In this document: piece by piece, positions 57,443-64,000 of the stretch
How the letters are laid out: the number at the start of each line of letters is the position of its first letter
How positions within the stretch are numbered: position 1 is the stretch's first letter
IMG/VR virus record: IMGVR_UViG_3300025892_000009
DNA: 64,000 nt
Origin: a virus
Strand: one strand, 5' to 3'
Position numbers and translations under genes: made by a program
Notes under the pieces: generated by a model
Told to the model about the DNA's origin: nothing
Databases searched by the model: none
The model's input: only the letters and a program-made list of their open reading frames with translations

Positions 57443-59103
57443 TACTTATAGTCCCACATAAAGGACATGTCTCCATAATCCCCTACAGTTTCATCGGTAT
57501 GCCAAACTTGCCCTTCGGGATCAACTATTACTTCATCACCTAAACCATCATCCATAAATCCAAAAGGTGCCATGTCTGCTTCGATTGCTTCTTTCTGCTC
57601 GGTATACATTCTGGCACGGACATCACTATCGTGCAATTCTCTAAAGTAATCTGATGTTGCTAACCATGAAAATATAACCAGGCACATAGCAAGGTCATCA
57701 TTACACCCCTCTTCTGCTTCCCATGCTTGACCTTTTTGGATGAAAGTAGTTAACTCTGCAATAATATCATAGTCATTAAAAATTAATTTATCATCCTCAA
57801 TCAATTGCTTCATGTTTGCACATCCAGTTTTCTTAACTGTAGTGGACATCTTCACACCTAGTTGCACCTTAGACCCAGAAAATCCCTGCCCCACAACCTG
57901 ACCAGCACGTCCCCGCATTGAGCACATAAGAAGATTATCATACTCAAGATCAAACTGCATAGTGTCTGCTACTTGACCACCAATATCATTAACCTCAATC
58001 ATTACATATGCATGATTGTAATTAGACGCAACCTGATTAATAACATTGGGGAAGAGCAACGGTTTAATAGTATTGTTTCTATATTTGGCAACCATTGTAT
58101 ATGGGATAGTTGTTGTATCCATCACAACAAATGCAGAATAGTCTTTTGTCAATCCCCTAGCAACGTCAACTGTCATGCAGTATGTGTGCTCTGGTATTGG
58201 TGGTGTGAATACATCTAACCCCCCACTACGAGTTATAGGATCTTCATATACTAATGTCTTAAGTTTAGATGATGTGATCAAAGTATTAACAGATCCTAGG
58301 AATTCACATTCAAACTCTTGATTAAACTGCTCTGCCGATGTATTACGAATGGTCTGCTCTTTCCACGCAGCATCACGTCCTGGTACTTCTGACCAGTGGA
58401 CTTCAGTGGTAGTATATTCATTCTTACCTTTCTCTGCATCATGCCAGAGTTTGTAAAACATATTCATCCCCTTAGGCGTGGAGATGATAATTACCTTTGT
58501 GCTTTTACCAGAAGATATAGTAGGATAGACAGATGAAAAGAACTCATCAGCAATGTGCGTCGGAATAAACGCGAATTCGTCCAGAAAAATGATATTAAAA
58601 GACATGCCCCTGACGGCAGAAGCGGAAGTAGAGGCAGCCATGATCTTACTGCCGTTTTCCAATTCCAGACTGCCCCTGTTCCAGTTGACGACACCTTGCT
58701 GCAGCCAGTTGGGGAGGTTTTCATAACTTAATTGTAATCGTTGTAGCATCTCGCGAGCAGTCGCTGCTTTGTTGGCAAGGATTGCTACATTAACATTGTC
58801 ATTAAAAATGATATACCACAACAGATATGCAGTAACCACTGTTGACTTACCTGACTGTCGTGGTAGTTTTGCTATATTGAATCTATTCGCATGGAATCTT
58901 TCAACCATCGACTCCTGAAAGTCGTACAATGTAAATGGAATCAGACCACGATCCAGTGAGATAATTTGGATGTAGTTTTTAATAAAGTAAACGGGATCCT
59001 TAGAGCACTTGATAAATTCTTTAACGTGTTCTTCAGTAAAATCCTGTGCAACGTTAGCCCGTTTTAGATTCGGATTACCAAGATAGATTTCATTCTGAGC
59101 CAT
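57442..59103 (-). CDS. gp17: Terminase large subunit (gp17)
   Basis: PRQSGKST, FLDEFAF, ISTPKG, DVARG, DDLAM. Confidence 0.98.
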   Translation of the reverse strand: MAQNEIYLGNPNLKRANVAQDFTEEHVKEFIKCSKDPVYFIKNYIQIISLDRGLIPFTLYDFQESMVERFHANRFNIAKLPRQSGKSTVVTAYLLWYIIFNDNVNVAILANKAATAREMLQRLQLSYENLPNWLQQGVVNWNRGSLELENGSKIMAASTSASAVRGMSFNIIFLDEFAFIPTHIADEFFSSVYPTISSGKSTKVIIISTPKGMNMFYKLWHDAEKGKNEYTTTEVHWSEVPGRDAAWKEQTIRNTSAEQFNQEFECEFLGSVNTLITSSKLKTLVYEDPITRSGGLDVFTPPIPEHTYCMTVDVARGLTKDYSAFVVMDTTTIPYTMVAKYRNNTIKPLLFPNVINQVASNYNHAYVMIEVNDIGGQVADTMQFDLEYDNLLMCSMRGRAGQVVGQGFSGSKVQLGVKMSTTVKKTGCANMKQLIEDDKLIFNDYDIIAELTTFIQKGQAWEAEEGCNDDLAMCLVIFSWLATSDYFRELHDSDVRARMYTEQKEAIEADMAPFGFMDDGLGDEVIVDPEGQVWHTDETVGDYGDMSFMWDYK

Positions 59104-59564
59104 TATTCAACCAACGTACCGTGTGCTCTCCTGATTTCTCGTAGTGCCTCAAGATTCATATCCTTGGTGCCACCATCATAGGCATGAGCATAACCTTCTG
59201 CAATCATTTGCTCGTTAAGGGACACACTGTCGTCCCCAATGTAAAGCCAACCCAGAAGACGCCCGTATTTCCCAGTGCCACCAACAAGTTCAGTCCTAAC
59301 AGACAACTCATCATCACCAGCCAACGTGCCTTCGAGTTTTTCTTTGAGCCAGTTGGTTGCGTCGATTCCAAGTGCTTTCTCCTCTAGGTTTCTGGTCCTC
59401 TTCTCTGGCGTATCAACTCCTGCAACTCTAACTCTTTCTTTCTTGTATAGATCAAACCCGAGGTCAATAGTGACATCAATAGTATCACCATCAAGGACAC
59501 GATTGATCTCCGTCACTCGGAAGTTGTAGCAGCTCTTCCTGCTCGGTGGTGTCAATGCTCCCAT
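59103..59564 (-). CDS. Staphylococcal-nuclease (SNase/thermonuclease)-like protein
   Basis: RVLDGDTID...RVAGVDTPE...KYGRLLG...N..MI.EGYA. Confidence 0.88.
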   Translation of the reverse strand: MGALTPPSRKSCYNFRVTEINRVLDGDTIDVTIDLGFDLYKKERVRVAGVDTPEKRTRNLEEKALGIDATNWLKEKLEGTLAGDDELSVRTELVGGTGKYGRLLGWLYIGDDSVSLNEQMIAEGYAHAYDGGTKDMNLEALREIRRAHGTLVE

Positions 59565-59700
59565 CTTCTAACTCTGCAAACGCTATCCTTAATATGTATA
59601 CGATACAATAGAATGCTCCTGCAACTGCAAGTATCACCATAACGATCACTGACCACACAGGGTCAGCAACATTATCTAGTGGGCGCAAGAATAAATTCAT
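59491..59700 (-). CDS. Small membrane protein
   Basis: TM WSVIVMVILAVAGAFYCIVYIL. Confidence 0.7.
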   Translation of the reverse strand: MNLFLRPLDNVADPVWSVIVMVILAVAGAFYCIVYILRIAFAELEDGSIDTTEQEELLQLPSDGDQSCP

Positions 59701-59888
59701 AATTCATGAAATTGATAATCTAAGATCATTCGGTAAAGAGAATCTCTCATATACCATAAGTGCTCTTGCTCTTCTGGTGGTCTGGCAGGAGATCCCTCCC
59801 ACATTTCTAGTCTCTTTATTACACATTGATGTAATAAACGTATATCTTCTATGGTCAAATCAACATTGTAATCAGGTTCCTGATTCAT
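59697..59888 (-). CDS. Small hypothetical protein
   Basis: 63-aa ORF with ATGA overlaps at both ends. Confidence 0.75.
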   Translation of the reverse strand: MNQEPDYNVDLTIEDIRLLHQCVIKRLEMWEGSPARPPEEQEHLWYMRDSLYRMILDYQFHEL

Positions 59889-59965
59889 TTCTTAACAGGC
59901 CAAGTTAACTCCATTCCTACTGTAAGTAATAAAACAAATCCAAATACAAATATTCCACTCATCAT
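59885..59965 (-). CDS. 26-aa membrane micropeptide
   Basis: Not in track. MMSGIFVFGFVLLLTVGMELTWPVKK; exactly fills the gap with ATGA overlaps at both ends. Confidence 0.65.
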   Translation of the reverse strand: MMSGIFVFGFVLLLTVGMELTWPVKK

Positions 59966-60138
59966 AATCGATTCTTGCTATCAGGACTTGGAATCAATTG
60001 ATATGCTAGTTTATCACGTAACGCATTGACACGATCCTCATTGTATTGTTTAAAGTTTCCTCGCTTCTCAACTTTCTTGTAGTAGTGTAATGCATTAAGA
60101 ATGATTGCATAATCATCCATGTCCAATTCAAAATTCAT
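59962..60138 (-). CDS. Small hypothetical protein
   Basis: Start re-placed at MNFELD, overlapping the upstream stop. Confidence 0.7.
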   Translation of the reverse strand: MNFELDMDDYAIILNALHYYKKVEKRGNFKQYNEDRVNALRDKLAYQLIPSPDSKNRL

Positions 60139-60287
60139 TTGTGGAATGGTTGCCAATGTTTCCATCCGTATTTATGAACTAACTGCATACCTATAGTAGG
60201 TACTACAATTAGTGAGTAAGATAAGACCCCAACACCCAATGGGTTATTGAGGACCCTACCACAAAATCTTGCTACTTCTAAAATCAT
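60135..60287 (-). CDS. Small membrane protein (50 aa)
   Basis: Not in track. MILEVARFCGRVLNNPLGVGVLSYSLIVVPTIGMQLVHKYGWKHWQPFHK. Confidence 0.7.
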   Translation of the reverse strand: MILEVARFCGRVLNNPLGVGVLSYSLIVVPTIGMQLVHKYGWKHWQPFHK

Positions 60288-60292
60288 TGATT

Positions 60293-60883
60293 TTACCAGT
60301 CTCTATAGATCCAACCATAATCTTGAGGATACATTACATAATCATTTTTGGTAGAGGAAGGTCTAATTCCCATTGAGATAGCATCGAAGATTGTGCGGCA
60401 TGTATCGACTGCATACTTTCCACCAGTAACCACAAGACCGTATCCATGGTCCAAACCAGAAATACCACCAACAACGCCAACATCAATATATTGCATACCC
60501 ACTTTTGGTAAGTATTCTGACCATTTCCTACTAACGTTAGCATCGCAATTGCAATAATTAATAATAATATCTCCTTCACTACAAAACTGTAGTAACTCAT
60601 CCATCACTCCACTAATTGATTCTTTAGGCATGGCAAGTTGAAAGATACCAGGATTACGTTGCACAACAGTGTCCCCTGATTTTTCACCATAGATCCAAGA
60701 TTCTTTTACTGATCTTACAAGATATTTAATATTGGTATTGACACCAGTATAATATTTCTTGTCGTATGCGTCTGAAGCCTTTTCATAATTTCTACGATAT
60801 CCATGGACTTCAATCTTATTTGAAATCAACCTACGGGAGATACTCTCTCCCAGTTGACCAAGACCAATCATTCCAACTTTCAT
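60293..60883 (-). CDS. Truncated, divergent 6-phosphogluconate-dehydrogenase NAD(P)-binding domain
   Basis: MKVGMIGLG.LG...YRRNYEK...PGIFQL...EGDIII...YID.G..GG..G; ends at YGW before the catalytic helix. Confidence 0.8.
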   Translation of the reverse strand: MKVGMIGLGQLGESISRRLISNKIEVHGYRRNYEKASDAYDKKYYTGVNTNIKYLVRSVKESWIYGEKSGDTVVQRNPGIFQLAMPKESISGVMDELLQFCSEGDIIINYCNCDANVSRKWSEYLPKVGMQYIDVGVVGGISGLDHGYGLVVTGGKYAVDTCRTIFDAISMGIRPSSTKNDYVMYPQDYGWIYRDW

Positions 60884-60892
60884 AATGTTTAA

Positions 60893-61237
60893 TTAATTTA
60901 CGTGAATTACTCCAGTCATACCTGCGCCCTGATGAGGACCACAGAAGAAATTATAGTCTCCTGGATCAGCAAATACAACATCCTGTGTTTCTCCAGGAGC
61001 AAACAATAGTGCTTCTCTGGAAAGATCTGCACGACCTTCTACAATAATGTTATGTGGAGGTAGTGCTTCATTGATGAAGTGGACCGTATCGCCTGCCGAG
61101 ATTGTAATCTCGTTAGGTTCAAATACTAGGTTGCCACCAGCACCCATTGATACATCCAAAGCGTATGCTGTCTTAGGTAGAAAGAATACCAACGCTGCGA
61201 TCGCTGCTAAAATTGTAAACCGAATAAGACTTTTCAT
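60893..61237 (-). CDS. petE: Plastocyanin
   Basis: Signal peptide; Cu ligands PHN, FCGPHQGAGM. Confidence 0.96.
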   Translation of the reverse strand: MKSLIRFTILAAIAALVFFLPKTAYALDVSMGAGGNLVFEPNEITISAGDTVHFINEALPPHNIIVEGRADLSREALLFAPGETQDVVFADPGDYNFFCGPHQGAGMTGVIHVN

Positions 61238-61274
61238 ACTAGTTTATGCGTCTATGGTATCTATACTATCACAT

Positions 61275-61568
61275 TTAGATGTTATGATCTGCTAACTCTT
61301 CAAGCATTTTCTTTCGAGTGTCTATAGCACCTTGCACATATCCTGATCTAGATTCCCAGGTTTGTCCACCTTCGATACCTTTTTTAGGATTGATACATTG
61401 CTCATTGCCGAACCTATTACACACCAAACCAGCAAGATCTAATTCACTACTGTCATAAGATGCAGCTGTGCCTCTAAAGATATGCTGCCCATTAATCCAT
61501 GTAGCACCACACTTCTCACATTCTGATCTACTCATAGTCAGATCGGAGACTTCCTTATTACTTTCCAT
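61275..61568 (-). CDS. Cys-containing hypothetical protein
   Basis: CEKCGATW...LAGLVCN...CINP. Confidence 0.75.
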   Translation of the reverse strand: MESNKEVSDLTMSRSECEKCGATWINGQHIFRGTAASYDSSELDLAGLVCNRFGNEQCINPKKGIEGGQTWESRSGYVQGAIDTRKKMLEELADHNI

Positions 61569-61770
61569 AGGTTTTAAAGTGATGTAAAAAACTTGTTTTG
61601 GGAAATCCCAATTCCTTTTCTAATTTTCTTCTAATGAAAAAAGTGCGGAACAGGATAATATGCCAGCGTATTTCTAAATCTACAAATGCAAATAACTGCA
61701 TAGTAGATTCAACGCCTGCGTATGCAACCATACAGACTAAGATTGCAATTGTTAAGTAGAATGCCAACAT
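61558..61770 (-). CDS. Small membrane protein
   Basis: Start at MLAFYLTIAIL, since the track TTG lies at the predicted transcription start. Confidence 0.65.
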   Translation of the reverse strand: MLAFYLTIAILVCMVAYAGVESTMQLFAFVDLEIRWHIILFRTFFIRRKLEKELGFPKTSFLHHFKTYGK

Positions 61771-61792
61771 AGTATCAAGGGGATACAAATGA

Positions 61793-61838
61793 AGTATAAT
61801 ACTATTTACCCAAATTGTCAGTTACAATGTATTACGAT
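61793..61838 (-). promoter_or_regulatory. sigma70-type promoter with adjacent HLR1-like repeat
   Basis: CTGACA(61821-61816)-17-TATACT(61798-61793); plus-strand GTTACAAT-GT-ATTACGAT at 61821-61838. Confidence 0.6.
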
Positions 61839-61856
61839 GTTAGCAATTCCAAGCTC

Positions 61857-62129
61857 TCAGTTTCTGCACTTCCATTTGCGACGGGCTTTCCGTAAACGAC
61901 TGTCTGGATCTTTAGCAGCTTTCGGCCACATTTTCATTTGTCCTTTACTACGAGCACAGTAAGAGTCTTTTCGTTTACCACCTTCAGGTTGAGGAGGTTT
62001 GATGTCTTGGCCTTGAGCACGTAAGGATGCACGACCTTTGTCATTTAAACCGCCTTCAGGGTTCTGACCTTCTTTTCTTGTCCAGGCTGCTCCTTCTGTT
62101 AGTTGCAAATATTCGCCAAAAGAATACAT
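61857..62129 (-). CDS. Small basic conserved protein
   Basis: AWTRKEGQNPEGGLN.KGRAS...SYCARSKG...SRLRKARRKWKC. Confidence 0.8.
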   Translation of the reverse strand: MYSFGEYLQLTEGAAWTRKEGQNPEGGLNDKGRASLRAQGQDIKPPQPEGGKRKDSYCARSKGQMKMWPKAAKDPDSRLRKARRKWKCRN

Positions 62130-62249
62130 TATTCTCTAACCTCAGGATTTTTAGGGCAATTGGATTCATGCTTTTTGATCCACGCATCAGGTCTATGATG
62201 ACCTTTAGGTGAAGTCAATCCGCAATACTTACAAGTTTTTACTACCATA

Positions 62250-63206
62250 TCATCCTCCAACAAAGTTGCCAAATGACATCATAGATTCTTTCGCATCCTT
62301 TGCATCCTTTTTGGCATATCCCTTAGGTGCAGGATTATCTTTAGTGTGAAGTTTCATCAATTTCTTGTCACTATCAAGAGCCAACTCAATAGGTGACTTT
62401 TCCTGAAGATTTACTTCTTCTTTTTTAAGACCCAATCTACCCAACAAAGATTTTTTCTTAGGTTTGATGTTGGCACCCATCGCATTCAATCTGCTAGTAG
62501 CAGTGCCAGACTTTTGCTTTGATGCCTTCTGACGCTTGGAGTAATCCATATAGGACTCACCCTTCTTCAGTTTTTTGGGATCTTCTTTGGGTTTTGCTGC
62601 ATCAGCACGATCTTCACGAGCACGAGCATTAGCACCAGGACCACCTAGTTTTTTATCCTTCTCAGGATCAGGATGCCAATAGTCACCACGCTCAGTAATT
62701 ACTTCTTCTTTTGTCAAACGTGCTTTACGTTTTGCTGCTGCCTTGGCAAGGATTCTTGCACGAGCATCATCCTGATCCTTCTTGGGGATAGGAGTTACAG
62801 CACCAACTTTCTGATCAACATCACCAGGGGCATAACCCTCAGTCTTAGTTGCTTTCTTTCTGCGATTCATTTCCTTCGTCACTCTCTTCAACATGAATTG
62901 ATTAGAGGGAAGACTCTGGTCAGCACCACTGACTTGCTTATGCAACGCTGCCAGTTTCTCATCAGACTGCTTACCCATCTTGGCATCTTCTTTGATGGCA
63001 CCTTCACCATGCTTGGCACGGATATCTGCTTTCACTTTTTCAAGTGCAGACATACCATCATATTTTGGTTTTTTCTTACCAAATGTATTCGGTGTGTTAC
63101 TAACTGGTTTGTTGTAACGTTGGTTGCCACCAACACCACCACGCTCCATGCGTCTGTCTTTGAGACCGTCCGATCCCTCTTCGTGCATTTGTGAAAAACT
63201 TTTCAT
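62250..63206 (-). CDS. K/E-rich modular protein (possible internal head protein)
   Basis: 318 aa, MKSFSQMHEE start, repeated xxE(E) junctions. Confidence 0.7.
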   Translation of the reverse strand: MKSFSQMHEEGSDGLKDRRMERGGVGGNQRYNKPVSNTPNTFGKKKPKYDGMSALEKVKADIRAKHGEGAIKEDAKMGKQSDEKLAALHKQVSGADQSLPSNQFMLKRVTKEMNRRKKATKTEGYAPGDVDQKVGAVTPIPKKDQDDARARILAKAAAKRKARLTKEEVITERGDYWHPDPEKDKKLGGPGANARAREDRADAAKPKEDPKKLKKGESYMDYSKRQKASKQKSGTATSRLNAMGANIKPKKKSLLGRLGLKKEEVNLQEKSPIELALDSDKKLMKLHTKDNPAPKGYAKKDAKDAKESMMSFGNFVGG

Positions 63207-63210
63207 TGGA

Positions 63211-63753
63211 TCAACCTGATACTTGGACTTCGTTGATATACATGGTCATGCCATTAGTGCTATCACCCTTTGCCTGAATCTTGATGCTGTTAGCAACAGT
63301 AGCGGCACCTGCAAAAGCAGCACTGGCAGACTGGTCGGAAGTGACTGTAATAGTTGTGTTAGTAACAGCAGTTACTTCAACATGAGTTACGTTGTAAGCA
63401 GCAGTATCACCACCTGTGAGAGTAACGTAATCACCAACCACGAAAGGATGAGCGGGAGTGCCACCACCACCAACAGTCAGCACACAGGGACTAGCAGCAG
63501 TTGCATCAATAATGTTTGCTTTCTTAGGTTTGGCAAGTTTGAAGATTTCAGCACCATTGACGGGCATATGGACCACCAGGTCCGTCGTTATATCAGGAGC
63601 ACCACCCCATGAAAAATGATTGCTATGACTATCAGTATTGATAAATCTGTAATATCCAGTTTTCACTGTATATGCAGCAGTTGTTTGAGCAGTATCACTA
63701 TTATCAGTGAGACTACCCAAATCCTGCACGGGTACGGTTACATTTGATGCCAT
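63211..63753 (-). CDS. Probable virion structural protein
   Basis: T/A/V-rich, beta-strand-like; GATAAATA box at 63785-63778; AGGAG RBS. Confidence 0.6.
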   Translation of the reverse strand: MASNVTVPVQDLGSLTDNSDTAQTTAAYTVKTGYYRFINTDSHSNHFSWGGAPDITTDLVVHMPVNGAEIFKLAKPKKANIIDATAASPCVLTVGGGGTPAHPFVVGDYVTLTGGDTAAYNVTHVEVTAVTNTTITVTSDQSASAAFAGAATVANSIKIQAKGDSTNGMTMYINEVQVSG

Positions 63754-63776
63754 GGTGATTGATTACTCCTACGATT

Positions 63777-64000
63777 CTATTTATCTTGTTGTTGTTTTAA
63801 AAACTTGGCGAGATCTGCTGTGCTACCCACAAACATTGTGTTATTAGTAGTATTGACTTCCTTAGTTTTCTTGGGGTTTTCAATCTCAGAAACCTTCTTC
63901 TGAAGATCAATTAGTTTGTCAGCAACATCACCCACATGTTTGATCAGCTGACCAGCAACTTCAAATGCTCTTGGTTGATCTGACTCTTGTGCTAATTCTA
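63777..64000 (-). CDS. gp16: Terminase small subunit (gp16), 3' end
   Basis: Not in track. ...ELAQESDQPRAFEVAGQLIKHVGDVADKLIDLQKK...NNTMFVGSTADLAKFLKQQQDK. Confidence 0.85.
   Translation of the reverse strand, partial: ELAQESDQPRAFEVAGQLIKHVGDVADKLIDLQKKVSEIENPKKTKEVNTTNNTMFVGSTADLAKFLKQQQDK

Noticed and set aside
60293-60883. Functional gnd (pentose phosphate) auxiliary gene
   Set aside because: Catalytic and dimerisation domain absent.
61821-61838. NtcA box (GTA-N8-TAC)
   Set aside because: Best reading is GTA-N8-TAA, a mismatch at a key base; the HLR1 reading fits better.

Overview
64 kb from a T4-like cyanomyophage (Kyanoviridae-type, probably infecting marine Synechococcus; family assignment inferred from gene content). 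Almost everything is on the minus strand. From left to right the window holds: (1) a photosynthesis/stress region with the psbD 5' end, psbA, a flavin-dependent halogenase, a tail-lysozyme-family muramidase, two hli genes, a peroxiredoxin, 2OG-Fe(II) oxygenases, tRNA-Arg(UCU) and a tandem glutamine-II-riboswitch-like leader before a DUF4278 gene; (2) nrdB, nrdA and primase; (3) a block of conserved unknowns that includes an HxGH nucleotidyltransferase, a KxDG ligase-fold protein and a nuclease-like protein; (4) the replication module (mazG, gp41, uvsX, gp43, hsp20, regA, gp62, DNA adenine MTase, gp44, gp45, MoxR/CobS ATPase plus vWA partner, gp46, gp47, gp55, uvsW, uvsY), interrupted by a plus-strand cluster of exported proteins; (5) head, tail and packaging genes (gp3, 23, 22, 21, 20, 19, 18, 17 and the gp16 3' end), with petE and a truncated gnd between gp17 and gp16. 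About a dozen probable small ORFs absent from the supplied track were read by hand. The best leads are: two tandem glutamine-II aptamer-like elements, the second with a whole 54-aa ORF in its P2 loop; a nuclease / ligase-fold / nucleotidyltransferase trio with a capsid-targeting-like N-terminus; RpaB (HLR1)-like boxes at the hli and petE-cluster promoters; and a ROSE-like thermometer on hsp20. All functional calls come from motif recognition by eye; no database search was run.
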